From Sinorhizobium meliloti (GTDB lineage: Bacteria > Pseudomonadota > Alphaproteobacteria > Rhizobiales > Rhizobiaceae), in the NCBI RefSeq assembly GCF_017876815.1, contig NZ_JAGIOS010000001.1, forward strand, positions 1,560,001-1,592,000: a stretch of 32,000 nt of DNA, written 5' to 3'. A program made the position numbers and the translations under genes. The notes beneath the pieces are model-generated. The model had not been told where the DNA came from. It made no database searches and was given only the letters and a program-made list of their open reading frames with translations. Below, one piece after another: positions 1 to 10,624 of this stretch (the stretch's first letter is position 1; each line of letters opens with the position of its first letter).

Positions 1-1157
1 TGGCCGCGCAGATCGGATTCGCCCTGCGCTTCCACCTTGCCCAGAAGCTCGGGCGGCAGCGGCTGCTCCACCTTGATGTCAGGCGTGATGCCGGTGCCCT
101 GGATCGACTTGCCGGACGGCGTGTAATAGAGCGCCGTCGTCAGACGCAGCGCGCCGGCGTCGCCAAGCGGGATGATCGTCTGCACCGAACCCTTGCCGAA
201 GGAGCGCGTGCCGAGAACGGTGGCGCGCTTCAGGTCCTGGAGAGCGCCGGCCACGATTTCCGACGCGGATGCCGAACCGCCGTTGACGAGCACGACGACG
301 GGCTTGCCGCCGGCCAGATCGCCCGGGGTCGCATTGAAGCGGCGGGTTTCATCCGGATTGCGGCCGCGGGTCGAAACGACCTCGCCACGCTCCAGGAATG
401 CGTCCGAGACATTGATCGCCTGGTCGAGCAGGCCGCCCGGATTGAGGCGCAGGTCGAGAACATAGCCCTTGAGCTTGTCCGCGGGAACTTCCGCCTGGAT
501 CTTCTCGATGCCCTTCTTCAGGTCTTCGAAGGTCTTCTCCGTAAACGAGATGACCCTGAGATAGCCGACATCTCCTTCGACACGGACCTTCACCGCGCGT
601 ACTGCGATCACGTCGCGTACGATCGTCAGCTCGATCGGCTTTTCGGCTCCCTTGCGCAGGATCGTCAGCTTGATCGGCGTGCCGACGGCACCGCGCATCT
701 TGTCGACCGCTTCCTCGAGCTTGAGGCCGCGGACGTCCTGACCGTCGATCTTCGAGATGAAATCGCCTGCGAGCACACCGGCGCGCGCGGCGGGCGTGTC
801 GTCGATCGGACTGGTCACCTTGACGAGATCTTCCTCCATGGTGACCTCGATGCCGAGGCCGCCGAACTCGCCGCGCGTCTGGGTGCGCATATCTTCGGCG
901 TCGGTCGAATTCATGTAGCTCGAATGCGGGTCGAGAGACGTGAGCATGCCGTTGATCGCGTTCTCGATCAGCTTGTCGTCCTGCGGCGGCGTCACGTATT
1001 GCGCGCGCACGCGCTCGAAGACGTCGCCGAAGATCGCCAGTTCGCGGTATGTCGACGAATTTGCTGCCACGGCCGGCATGGTTGCCGAGTAGACGACGCC
1101 CATCGCCGTCGCGCCCATCAGCGCCCCGACCAGGACAAGTGAAGCTCTACGTATCAT
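1..1157 (-). CDS. ctpA: C-terminal processing (S41 tail-specific) peptidase, 3' end cut by window edge
   Basis: Absent from the ORF track because it runs off the window. My translation of the minus frame from ATG 1157 reads MIRRASLVLVGALMGATAMGVVYSA (signal-like), then GGLGIEV / AGDFISKIDG (PDZ-like), then VLVNGGSASASEIVAGAL and GTRSFGKGSVQT (S41 Ser/Lys motifs). No in-frame stop down to position 1. The start overlaps the upstream M23 gene end by 11 nt. Confidence 0.9.
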   Translation of the reverse strand, partial: MIRRASLVLVGALMGATAMGVVYSATMPAVAANSSTYRELAIFGDVFERVRAQYVTPPQDDKLIENAINGMLTSLDPHSSYMNSTDAEDMRTQTRGEFGGLGIEVTMEEDLVKVTSPIDDTPAARAGVLAGDFISKIDGQDVRGLKLEEAVDKMRGAVGTPIKLTILRKGAEKPIELTIVRDVIAVRAVKVRVEGDVGYLRVISFTEKTFEDLKKGIEKIQAEVPADKLKGYVLDLRLNPGGLLDQAINVSDAFLERGEVVSTRGRNPDETRRFNATPGDLAGGKPVVVLVNGGSASASEIVAGALQDLKRATVLGTRSFGKGSVQTIIPLGDAGALRLTTALYYTPSGKSIQGTGITPDIKVEQPLPPELLGKVEAQGESDLRG

Positions 1158-2556
1158 TTCGCGCCCTTCCAACCTCTGCTGCGGTCCACCACGGTCGGGA
1201 ATCAACCGGCTTCCCGTCTTTTCTGAATTCAATGTAAAGCGTTGGCCTGTCGGTTTCCAGCGCCAAGGCCGCCGCACTCGCCACTCTTTTTGCACCCATC
1301 GCCGCCACCGGCTCTCCGGCCACGACGAATTGCCCCGGCCGGACGCTGACGTTCTCCATGCCGGCGAGCACGATATGATACCCGTCGCCGGCATTGAGAA
1401 TGATCATCTGCCCGTAGCTGCGGAAACTCCCGGCATAGACGATCCACCCGTCCGCCGGCGTGGTCACCAGCGCGCCTGCATTGGTCTCGAGCATGATCCC
1501 CTGCAGCGAATGCCCTGTTCCGTCCGCGTCGCCAAAACGGCGCACAAGCGAACCCGCAACGGGATAAGCCAGCCGCTCCCGCAGCTCGGAAAAGACATAT
1601 GCCGGCGCAATGCGGTTTTTGTCGGGCACCGCACTCCTGGCGAGCTCCCGCGCAGCCTCGCGTTCGGCCTCGCTCATGCGGCGGCGTTCCTCCTCCTCGG
1701 CGCGGGCGGCGGCGGCCGCTTCGCGCACGGAGGAGATCTCGTTTTCGAGCGATGAGATCAGGCCCCCGAGGTTCTCCGCCTGCAGGGCGAGTTCCTCGGC
1801 CTTGCGCTGTTCGGCCGCCAAATCGGCCGCATTGCGTTGCCTCAGCTTCTCCTTTTCGGCAACGAGCATCGACATGCGCCGCTCTTCCTCGAGCCGGGCG
1901 GTCATTGCCGCGGTCAGTTCCTCGCGTTCCCTGGCGATGCCGCTGCGGATATCCGCAAGCGCCTTCAGGTCGGCGACGAGGCTGTCGGTCTGCTCGCGTA
2001 TTTCGGGAACGACGGCGCCGAGCAGAATGGCGCTGCGGACGGAGCCGAGCGCATCCTCCGGGGTCACGAGGATTGCCGGCGGCGGATTGCGGCCCATGCG
2101 CTGGAGGGCGGCGAGCACTTCGGCCAAAAGGCCGCGGCGGGCGCGCAGCGAGCGCCGCACCACATCCTCCTTGACGCGCAGATCGCCGAGCGTTCTTTCG
2201 CCGTCTGAAATCCGGCGTTCGAACTCCTGCCGCTTGGCTGCCGAATCCACGAGGGCGTCACGCAGGGTCTCGTTGCTCTTGTCGATCTCGGCAATCGTCT
2301 TTTCGAGTGCCTCGGAGCGATCCCGCGAGAGCGTGATCGTCTTCGACAGCGCCTCGAGCTCGCTCGCGGTACTGTCGCGCCGGACCGCCAGATCGGCAGC
2401 CGGATCCGGCGGCGCCGCCTTGGCGGCCCCCGCATCGGCGGGCGCCTGAGCCGCAGTCGGCCCGATCACCGACAGGAAGAGCGCCGCAACCGCAGCGCCG
2501 CGGCGGATCCGCCGCGCGCCGGATAGCAAACCGGCTCTGTTCGTTGGAGGTTTCAT
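1147..2556 (-). CDS. M23 family metallopeptidase / EnvC-like murein hydrolase activator (N-terminal signal-anchor, long coiled coil, C-terminal M23 domain)
   Basis: ORF 1147..2574. Ala/Glu/Arg-rich coiled-coil middle region. C-terminus GWIVYAGSFRSYGQMIILNAGDGYHIVLAGM..VRPGQFVVAGEPVA is typical of M23/LytM. ATG at 2556 (MKPPTNRAG..) is preferred over TTG 2574, but neither has a clear SD. Confidence 0.85.
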   Translation of the reverse strand: MKPPTNRAGLLSGARRIRRGAAVAALFLSVIGPTAAQAPADAGAAKAAPPDPAADLAVRRDSTASELEALSKTITLSRDRSEALEKTIAEIDKSNETLRDALVDSAAKRQEFERRISDGERTLGDLRVKEDVVRRSLRARRGLLAEVLAALQRMGRNPPPAILVTPEDALGSVRSAILLGAVVPEIREQTDSLVADLKALADIRSGIAREREELTAAMTARLEEERRMSMLVAEKEKLRQRNAADLAAEQRKAEELALQAENLGGLISSLENEISSVREAAAAARAEEEERRRMSEAEREAARELARSAVPDKNRIAPAYVFSELRERLAYPVAGSLVRRFGDADGTGHSLQGIMLETNAGALVTTPADGWIVYAGSFRSYGQMIILNAGDGYHIVLAGMENVSVRPGQFVVAGEPVAAMGAKRVASAAALALETDRPTLYIEFRKDGKPVDSRPWWTAAEVGRARNDT

Positions 2557-2661
2557 CCAGTCTCGTAAGTCCAAAAGTTAGGAGACCCTAATCCGATTTG
2601 GCCGGGCACACCAATACATATTCTCGTTATTGGCGGGGAGGGGCCGTCTTCGACCCGTGGT

Positions 2662-3144
2662 CTACGCCCGATGATAAGGATGTCCCGAAAGGATCGTCAC
2701 GGCGCGATAAAGCTGTTCGGCGATGAGGATGCGCACGAGCTGGTGCGGCCAGGTCATCTTGCCGAGGTTGAGCACGGCGTCGGCGCGGGCGTGGAGTGCG
2801 GGATCGAGTCCGTCGGCACCGCCGATCGCTATCATCAGATCGCGCTTGCCGCTGTCTCTTAAGGTACCGAGCAGGCGCGCGAAGGCTTCCGAGTCGAGCG
2901 CCTTGCCGCGCTCATCGAGCAGCACGAGCAGGCTGCCGTCGGCGAGCGCTTTTTCAAGCTGGCCGGCTTCCTCGCGTTTGCGCGTCTCCGCATTGGCGGC
3001 GCGGCTTTCGGCGGTCTCCACGACGCGGGCCAATTCGAGGCCGACGGCCGGGCCGGCCTTGGCGAACCGGTCGAGATAGCGGCCCGCGAGATCCTTTTCC
3101 GGCCCCGCCTTGAGGCGGCCGACTGCGAAAAGTCCGATACGCAT
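2662..3144 (-). CDS. rlmH: 23S rRNA (pseudouridine1915-N3)-methyltransferase RlmH (SPOUT)
   Basis: Internal ATG 3144 gives MRIGLFAVGRLKAGPEKDL... ending ..ILSGHPYHRA, 160 aa, typical RlmH length and C-terminal signature. The track start at 3228 adds an Arg/Pro-rich extension. Confidence 0.9.
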   Translation of the reverse strand: MRIGLFAVGRLKAGPEKDLAGRYLDRFAKAGPAVGLELARVVETAESRAANAETRKREEAGQLEKALADGSLLVLLDERGKALDSEAFARLLGTLRDSGKRDLMIAIGGADGLDPALHARADAVLNLGKMTWPHQLVRILIAEQLYRAVTILSGHPYHRA

Positions 3145-3296
3145 GACCCGATCCGTCCCCGCCGGTGCCGATCGGAAATTATCGACCGGCAAAATTCTTG
3201 CCGCCATCCGCCTTATCGGCGATGGCAACCGCGTGTCACCTTCGGCACCGGCCGCCGCTCCGTCCTGAGTCGATGGTCAGGATCGGGCGACGTGTC

Positions 3297-3791
3297 TCAG
3301 TGCAGGGTACCGTCTTCGATCTCGGGAGCCGCCCACATCTTTTCGATGTTGTAGAACGCCCGGATCTCCGGCCGGAAGATGTGAACGATCACATCGCCGG
3401 TGTCGATCAGTACCCAATCGCCACCCTCAAGACCTTCGACGCGAGCCCTGCCGAGGCCGTCGTCCTTCAGGTCCGTGATCAAGTGGTCGGCAATGGCCAT
3501 CACATGCCTGTTCGATCGCCCGGAGACGACGACCATGAAGTCTCCCAGCGCCGATTTTCCGGCAATGTCGATGGTAACGATATTTTCTGCCTTCGAGTCC
3601 TCTAGGCTTTCGAGGACCAGTTGAAGCGCACGGACAGCGGCTTCGTCGCTCGATTCCGTGCTGCGCGGGAATGCGGATGCCGCAAATCCCTTGGCGTGTG
3701 CTGTTGTCAGGGTTTTTCCTTTCCAAATGAACAGAACAGGCACGTTCGATTCGAAATATTTCTTCGAACCGTACCTAAATGTAGGCATCAA
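3297..3791 (-). CDS. rsfS: Ribosomal silencing factor RsfS (iojap-like); start uncertain
   Basis: Core reads LESLEDSKAENIVTIDIAGKSALGDFMVVVSGRSNRHVMAIADHL...WVLIDTGDVIVHIFRPEIRAFYNIEKMW. The first ~16 codons of the maximal ORF use AT-rich codons and are probably non-coding. Alternative starts are ATG 3788, GTG 3743, or CTG 3710 (preceded by GGAAAGGA). Confidence 0.85.
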   Translation of the reverse strand: MMPTFRYGSKKYFESNVPVLFIWKGKTLTTAHAKGFAASAFPRSTESSDEAAVRALQLVLESLEDSKAENIVTIDIAGKSALGDFMVVVSGRSNRHVMAIADHLITDLKDDGLGRARVEGLEGGDWVLIDTGDVIVHIFRPEIRAFYNIEKMWAAPEIEDGTLH

Positions 3792-3832
3792 ACCTATACG
3801 GTTTCAAGACACGAGATCCGAATTACGGGAAT

Positions 3833-4420
3833 TCACCCGGATTTGGCCGAACGAAGCGCCGTCGAGCTCAAGCCCGAACGGGGGCCGTGAATGAAGGTCC
3901 AGGCGGGCGCGCGGCGGAAAGCGAGGGTTCCCGCATCATCCTCGTCGACGCGGGCGCTGCTGAAAGCCCTCGCCATCGGCGAGGACAGATAGGCAAGGGT
4001 CGATCCCGGCCGGTCGACGACGGCGATCGGGAAAGTGGCGACGATCTTGCGCCAGTCCTGCCAGCGGTGAAAGTTCTTGAGATTGTCGGCGCCCATGACC
4101 CAGACGAAACGGACATCGCGGTTGCGGGCGCGGATCACTTCCAGCGTGCGGGCCGTGTAGCTCTGACCGAGCGCCTGCTCGAAAGCGGTCACCTTGATGC
4201 GCGGGTTGCGGGCGATCTTCTCGCTCATGGCGATACGTTCGCCAAGCGGCGCGAGATGGTTGCGGTCCTTGAGCGGATTGCCGGGCGTCACCATCCACCA
4301 GAGCTGGTCGAGCCCGAGCCGGCGCAATGCGGTCTCGGCGACGAGCGCATGCCCGTCATGCGGCGGATTGAAGGACCCGCCGAACAGGCCGACGGCCATG
4401 CCGGACTCGACATGCGGCAT
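3833..4420 (-). CDS. nadD: Nicotinate-nucleotide adenylyltransferase
   Basis: Contains GLFGGSFNPPHDGH (HxGH nucleotidyltransferase motif) and ..WWMVTPGNPLK. Start is ATG 4420 or ATG 4399. The track start at 4786 overlaps proA and adds an Arg-rich extension. Confidence 0.85.
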   Translation of the reverse strand: MPHVESGMAVGLFGGSFNPPHDGHALVAETALRRLGLDQLWWMVTPGNPLKDRNHLAPLGERIAMSEKIARNPRIKVTAFEQALGQSYTARTLEVIRARNRDVRFVWVMGADNLKNFHRWQDWRKIVATFPIAVVDRPGSTLAYLSSPMARAFSSARVDEDDAGTLAFRRAPAWTFIHGPRSGLSSTALRSAKSG

Positions 4421-4455
4421 GCTGAGGTAGCGCGCATTCACTTCGCTCGGTGTCG

Positions 4456-5739
4456 TCAGGGCCGCACCTGTCCGGTGCCGCGCACACGATACTTGAACGA
4501 GGTGAGCTGCTCGACGCCGACGGGCCCGCGGGCGTGCATCTTGCCGGTGGCGATGCCGATCTCGCCGCCCATGCCGAACTCGCCGCCGTCGGCGAATTGC
4601 GTCGAGGCATTGTGCAGGAGGATCGCCGAGTCGATCTCTGAGAAGAATCGCTCGACCACCGCAGGGTCCTCGGCGATCACGGCTTCGGTATGGGCGGACG
4701 ACCAGGTGTTGATGTGCTCGATCGCGCCGGAAATGCCGTCGACCAATCTCGCCGAAATGATCGCGTCGAGATATTCGGTCGCCCAATCCTCGTCGGTCGC
4801 AGCTTTCAGGCCGGGCATTACACTTGCGAGGTCATCGGAGGCGCGCACCTCGCAGCCGGCATCGACGAGCGCCTCGAGGAGGGGCTTTGCGAATTTCTCG
4901 GCGGCGTTGCGGTCTATCAGCAGCGTCTCGGCGGCGCCGCAGATGCCGGTCCGGCGCATCTTCGCATTGACGACGATCTTCTTCGCCATGTCGCGATCGG
5001 CCGACGCATCGACATAGATGTGGCAGAGACCTTCGAGATGGGCGAAGACCGGCACCCGCGCCTCGTTCTGGACGCGCGCGACCAGGCTCTTTCCGCCGCG
5101 CGGCACGATCACGTCGATCGCGCCGTTCAAGCCGGTGAGCATGGCGCCGACGGCAGCGCGGTCGGCGACCGGCACCATCTGGATCGCATCTTCCGGCAGG
5201 CCCGCGACCTTCAATCCCTCGGTCAGGCAGGCATGGATCGCCCGCGACGAGTGAAAGCTGTCGGATCCGCCCCGCAGGATCACCGCATTGCCTGCCTTGA
5301 GGCAGAGCGCGCCGGCATCCGCCGTGACGTTCGGACGGCTTTCATAGATGACGCCGATCACGCCGAGGGGCGTGCGCACCCGTTCGATGTGAAGCCCGTT
5401 CGGGCGGTCCCATTCGGAGATCACCTCGCCGACGGGGTCAATGAGTTCGGCGATCGCGCGGATGCCGTCCGCCATGTCGCGGATGCGGCTTTCCGTCAGC
5501 GTCAGCCGGTCGATGAAGGCGCTGGCGACGCCGCTTTCGCGCGCGTTTTCGAGGTCGAGCGCATTGGCGGCGAGGATTTCCGCGGTCCTTGTGACGATGA
5601 CGCCTGCCATGGCGACGAGTGCCGCATGCTTGCGCTCGGCGCTTGCGGTCGCGAGCGGCCGGGCGGCCGCTTTGGCGCGGCGTCCGATCTCCAGCATCAT
5701 CGCGTTGACGTCCTTGTCCTTTTCCACCGTCTCAAGCAT
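4456..5739 (-). CDS. proA: Gamma-glutamyl phosphate reductase
   Basis: 427-aa ORF with family-typical length and sequence (..[10 protein letters not shown].., ..[13 protein letters not shown]..). Its ATG overlaps the proB stop by 8 nt. Confidence 0.95.
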
Positions 5740-6913
5740 GGAGCTTGCCCTTTCCCTCGTCGCTTTCCTCTACAAGGCGCGCGCCCGATGGAGCCGTCAT
5801 GACCAGATCGTCGCGATGCACCATGGCGGTGCGGCCGGCATAGCCGAGGATGGCGGCGATCTCGGCCGACTTCTTGCCGGCGATCTGGCGCGCCTCGTCG
5901 GCATCGTAGCCGGCAAGACCGCGGGCGATCTCGCGGCCGGAAGCGCCGATTATCGCAATCGTATCGCCGCGGCTGAAGCTTCCCGTCACCTGCCGGACGC
6001 CGGCCGGCAGCAGGCTCTTGCCGGAACGCAGCGCCGTTTCCGCTCCGGCATCGATCGAGAGCGAACCGGCCGGCAGGAGCTGTCCGGCGATCCAGGTCTT
6101 GCGGGCGGTCACCGGAGAGCCTGATGGCGCGAACCAGGACGAGCGCGCGCCCGCCTCGATCGCGGCCAGCGGATGATCCGGCTTGCCGGAGGCGATGATC
6201 ATCGCGCAGCCGGCAGTGGTTGCGATCTTGCCGGCGTCGATCTTGGTGCGCATGCCGCCGCGCGAAAGCTCGGAGGCAGCGCCGCCCGCCATCGCCTCGA
6301 TTTCGGGCGTGATTTCGGCGACCGTTTCGAGGAAACGGGCGTTCGGATCGAGATGCGGCGGCGCGGTATAGAGCCCGTCGATATCCGAGAGCAGGACCAG
6401 GAGATCGGCGCCGACCATGGTCGCGACCCTCGCTGCCAGCCGGTCGTTGTCGCCATAGCGGATTTCTGTGGTCGCGACCGTGTCGTTCTCGTTGATGATC
6501 GGCACCGAGCCGAGCTTCAGAAGCTGACCGATCGTCGCGCGGGCATTGAGGTAGCGCCGGCGCTCCTCGGTGTCGCCCAGCGTCAGGAGGATCTGGCCGG
6601 CGACGATCGCATGGGTCGAGAGGCTCTCCGACCAGGCACGCGCCAGCACGATCTGGCCGACGGCGGCGGCCGCCTGGCTCTCTTCGAGCTTCAGCGCACC
6701 CGCCGGCAGGTCGAGCACCGTGCGTCCAAGCGCAATCGCTCCCGAGGAGACGACGAGCACTTCCACGCCCTTGGCCCTGAGGGCCGCAATGTCGGCGCAG
6801 AGCGCGTCGAGCCAGCTCTTCTTCAGCCCGGTCCTGCGGTCGACGAGGAGTGCCGAGCCGATCTTGATGACGACCCGGCGGTAATTCTCGAGCGCTTTGC
6901 GGGCCTTGGTCAT
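5732..6913 (-). CDS. proB: Glutamate 5-kinase (with C-terminal PUA domain)
   Basis: 393 aa. N-terminus [13 protein letters not shown] is amino-acid-kinase-like, followed by ..[10 protein letters not shown].. and a PUA-like C-terminus. Sits 2 nt downstream of the obgE stop. Confidence 0.95.
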   Translation of the reverse strand: MTKARKALENYRRVVIKIGSALLVDRRTGLKKSWLDALCADIAALRAKGVEVLVVSSGAIALGRTVLDLPAGALKLEESQAAAAVGQIVLARAWSESLSTHAIVAGQILLTLGDTEERRRYLNARATIGQLLKLGSVPIINENDTVATTEIRYGDNDRLAARVATMVGADLLVLLSDIDGLYTAPPHLDPNARFLETVAEITPEIEAMAGGAASELSRGGMRTKIDAGKIATTAGCAMIIASGKPDHPLAAIEAGARSSWFAPSGSPVTARKTWIAGQLLPAGSLSIDAGAETALRSGKSLLPAGVRQVTGSFSRGDTIAIIGASGREIARGLAGYDADEARQIAGKKSAEIAAILGYAGRTAMVHRDDLVMTAPSGARLVEESDEGKGKLHA

Positions 6914-6915
6914 GC

Positions 6916-8049
<1,134 letters not shown>

Positions 8050-8062
8050 TTATCGACATGAA

Positions 8063-8094
8063 GAACCCCGCCAGGAGCGGTACTGGCGGGGTTC
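8063..8094 (-). terminator. Perfect 12-bp GC-rich hairpin downstream of the second GNAT gene (terminator/attenuator)
   Basis: GAACCCCGCCAG-8 nt loop-CTGGCGGGGTTC. On the minus strand it is followed by TTCATGTCGATAATCTTT, a weak U tract. Confidence 0.5.
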
Positions 8095-8103
8095 CGTATC
8101 CGT

Positions 8104-8691
8104 TCAGTCCGGGCGGCGCAGGTCCTCGGCCGCAAGCCGGGTTTCGATATGCGCGACCATCGCATTGCGGGCGAGCGCATAGATCTGGCTGCAGCCGGTG
8201 ATCCGGAAGCCGAGTTTCTCCTGCACCTTGAGCGAGGCCGGATTGTCGGCGAAGACGCCCGAATGCAGCACCGTTTCCGGCATGCGGCGGAAGAATCGTT
8301 CGACCGCGGCATGGACCGCCTCGCTCGCCAGCCCCTTGCCCCAGTAGAACCGGTTCAGCCAGTAGCCGACATGCCATTGGCCGTGCCGGAGTTCGATGCC
8401 GATGCAGCCGATATGGACGTCGTCGCCCGGGGTGGTGATGGCGAGCGTCCAGTCCGGCAGCATATCGGCCGTCTGGCGGTTGAGCCAGTCGAGCGCATCC
8501 TGGTGGTGGTAGGGCGCCGGAACGCGCGAAAGCATCCGCGCCACCTGGAAATCGCCGAGCGACTCGGCGATGGCGGCCGCATCGGAAAGCCGGTGCGGCC
8601 GCAGCCGCAGCCGTTCCGTTTCGATGACCGGCGCCGGGCCGGGGCCGGGGCGGGCGACGGCCCGGGCGCGCTCCGTGACCAGGGCGTTCAT
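8104..8691 (-). CDS. GNAT N-acetyltransferase, RimJ/RimL-like (paralog 2)
   Basis: ATG 8691 (MNALVTERARA..) is preceded by GGGGAGG at a 6-nt spacing and forms an ATGA overlap with the upstream GNAT stop. Body reads IETERLRLRPHRLSDAAAI...GCIGIE...VGYWLNRFYWGKGLASEA...N.AS.KV.EKLGF. Confidence 0.8.
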   Translation of the reverse strand: MNALVTERARAVARPGPGPAPVIETERLRLRPHRLSDAAAIAESLGDFQVARMLSRVPAPYHHQDALDWLNRQTADMLPDWTLAITTPGDDVHIGCIGIELRHGQWHVGYWLNRFYWGKGLASEAVHAAVERFFRRMPETVLHSGVFADNPASLKVQEKLGFRITGCSQIYALARNAMVAHIETRLAAEDLRRPD

Positions 8692-9320
8692 CGGACACCT
8701 CCCCAGCTTCTTAAGGAGACCCAGGTCTTGCGGTCGAGCCTGTACCATTCGACCGGGACCATGCCGCCGAGCGCCAGGCTGCCGACCATGCCGGAACCCT
8801 GGAACTGAAAGCCGCACTTCTGGATGACCCGGCGCGACGCGATGTTCATGACCCGGCAGCGCGCATCGATCTGGTCGATGTCGCGGGTGCGGAAGGCCAT
8901 GTCGGTCAGGGTCTGTGCCGCCTCGGTCGCATAGCCCTGGTTCCAGTAGGGCTCGCCCAGCCAATAGCCGAGCTCGACGGTCCTTTCGTCGGCGTGCGGC
9001 TCGACACCGCAGCAGCCGAGGAATGCGCCATTGTCCGCTTTCGTGATCGCGTAGACGCACTTGCCAATCGTGCCGGCTTTTGCGCGTCGCACGAAATCGG
9101 CCGCATCCGCCGTCGTATAGGGGTGCGGCATGCGCGAGACCATGGTGGCGATGTTGGCATTGTTGGCAAGATGGGCAAGGGCGTCGATATCGTCTTCATG
9201 GGGCGCGCGCAAAACGAGCCTGGGCGATAACAATATCGGGCAATCGGTCCTTGACCGCTGAGGCCTCAGCCTTTGTTCGGGAGACCGGGATTGGTCTTCC
9301 CTGACGAGCTCGGTTTGCAT
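8688..9320 (-). CDS. GNAT N-acetyltransferase, RimJ/RimL-like (paralog 1)
   Basis: ATG 9320 (MQTELV..) is preceded by GGAGGAAG. Body reads LSPRLVLRAPHEDDIDAL...GCCGVEP...LGYWLGEPYWNQGYATEAA...N.ASRRV.QKCGF, with the same architecture as its neighbour. Confidence 0.8.
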   Translation of the reverse strand: MQTELVREDQSRSPEQRLRPQRSRTDCPILLSPRLVLRAPHEDDIDALAHLANNANIATMVSRMPHPYTTADAADFVRRAKAGTIGKCVYAITKADNGAFLGCCGVEPHADERTVELGYWLGEPYWNQGYATEAAQTLTDMAFRTRDIDQIDARCRVMNIASRRVIQKCGFQFQGSGMVGSLALGGMVPVEWYRLDRKTWVSLRSWGGVR

Positions 9321-9342
9321 GGTTCTTCCTCCAGACATGCGA

Positions 9343-9376
9343 AAAGGGGAGTTGGGTATCGCCCCATCTCCCCTTT
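9343..9376 (-). terminator. Hairpin downstream of rpmA (candidate intrinsic terminator)
   Basis: 9-bp stem AAAGGGGAG/CTCCCCTTT with a 16-nt loop. On the minus strand the 3' arm runs into TTTT. Confidence 0.45.
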
Positions 9377-9450
9377 GAAGTCTGGCTTTTGAACCTTGCG
9401 GTGCGTCAGCCGGGTCGATGAGACGCCGGCTGTTTTAGAGCGCTACCGGC

Positions 9451-9720
9451 TTATTCCGCTGCTTCGGCTTTCGGCATTACAGACACGTAGACTCGGCCGT
9501 TGGCCTTCTTGCGGAAGTCCACATTGCCCGTCGTAAGCGCAAAAATCGTATGGTCCTTGCCGAGGCCTACATTGGCGCCGGCATGCCACTTCGTGCCGCG
9601 CTGGCGCACGATGATGTTGCCTGGAATGACGGCTTCGCCGCCGAACTTCTTCACGCCAAGGCGCTTGGACTCGGAATCGCGACCGTTACGCGACGAACCG
9701 CCAGCTTTCTTGTGTGCCAT
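9451..9720 (-). CDS. rpmA: 50S ribosomal protein L27
   Basis: [28 protein letters not shown] is the canonical L27 N-terminus. 89 aa. Confidence 0.97.
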   Translation of the reverse strand: MAHKKAGGSSRNGRDSESKRLGVKKFGGEAVIPGNIIVRQRGTKWHAGANVGLGKDHTIFALTTGNVDFRKKANGRVYVSVMPKAEAAE

Positions 9721-9753
9721 TGGTGTTCTCCTTTAAACCTTCGATCCCGGAAC

Positions 9754-10125
9754 TCAGTTTGCAGCTTCAGCGGCGGCTTCGGTCTTCTTCGAAGCCTTCT
9801 TCGCCTTGCCGCCGGCGGCAGCGATGTCCAGGATACGGACGATCGTCTGATGCTGGCGATGGCCGCGCGAGCGCTTGGAGTTCTGGCGGCGGCGCTTCTT
9901 GAAGGCGATGACCTTCTTGGCGCGGCCCTGGTCCACAACTTCGGCGCTGACGACGGCACCTTCGACAAACGGAGCACCGATGGTGGCATCGGCGCCGACG
10001 CCGACCATCAGGATCTCGGTGAATTCGATCTTGTCGCCAGCAACGCCTTCCAGCTTTTCGATGGTAATGACGTCATTGGCCGCCACGCGGTACTGCTTAC
10101 CGCCGGTCTTGATGACTGCGAACAT
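9754..10125 (-). CDS. rplU: 50S ribosomal protein L21 (with Lys/Ala-rich C-terminal tail)
   Basis: ATG 10125 gives the canonical [14 protein letters not shown] and is preceded by AAAGGA at a 6-nt spacing. The track start at 10140 adds 5 codons. Confidence 0.95.
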   Translation of the reverse strand: MFAVIKTGGKQYRVAANDVITIEKLEGVAGDKIEFTEILMVGVGADATIGAPFVEGAVVSAEVVDQGRAKKVIAFKKRRRQNSKRSRGHRQHQTIVRILDIAAAGGKAKKASKKTEAAAEAAN

Positions 10126-10293
10126 ATTTTGTCCTTTCATGTTCGGTCCGGCTCTTTGCCCGAAGACAAGGCCGTCTTTTTGTCAGTCGCTAACGTGGAG
10201 CGAAGCGCCTCGGAAATCCTCGACCTTCGCCAGTGAACGGGCACAACACTTACCCGGCGCGGCGGAGGCTAAGCCCACACCACCTCATGGCGC

Positions 10294-10322
10294 GGATTAC
10301 GGGAACGGCCCTTGCTTGTCAA
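10294..10322 (-). promoter_or_regulatory. Candidate sigma-70 promoter of rplU-rpmA
   Basis: Minus strand reads C-TTGACA-N17-TAATCC. This implies a 5' leader of about 160 nt before the rplU ATG. Confidence 0.4.
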
Positions 10323-10362
10323 GGCGAAAGCCACCATATCGCAGATATTCTTATCGGAAGCC

Positions 10363-10391
10363 CTTGCCAGCGGCAGAAACTGCCGCTATGA
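10363..10391 (+). promoter_or_regulatory. Candidate promoter of tRNA-Ser
   Basis: CTTGCC-N17-CTATGA, about 35 nt upstream of the mature tRNA 5' end. The spacer contains the hairpin GCGGCAG-AAA-CTGCCGC. Confidence 0.3.
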
Positions 10392-10426
10392 ACCGGCCGC
10401 GCTTGAATAGCGCCAACCGACCCCGC

Positions 10427-10518
<92 letters not shown>

Positions 10519-10624
10519 AATTCTCTGGTTACAAGTGCTTTGCTTCCCAAGAGAGCGGCCTGGACGTCCGATGGTCTTTCACTCACTTAGTTACACTCCG
10601 GCACGCCCGAGCTTATGAGGCGGG

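Noticed and set aside
8692-9060. Long 318-aa form of the second GNAT ORF, and similar 5' extensions of rlmH, nadD, obgE, rplU, typA, ppa, yggT, MFS, hemD, YciI and the amidase
   Set aside because: The extensions overlap upstream genes or are Arg/Pro-rich. Internal starts give canonical N-termini and usually have an SD at 5-7 nt, though no clear SD was seen for nadD.
9406-9440. Plus-strand terminator-like hairpin CAGCCGG..CCGGCTG followed by TTTTA just downstream of rpmA
   Set aside because: Its orientation fits a plus-strand transcript, but no plus-strand gene lies upstream. On the minus strand it has no U tract. It may be incidental or a processing or structural element.
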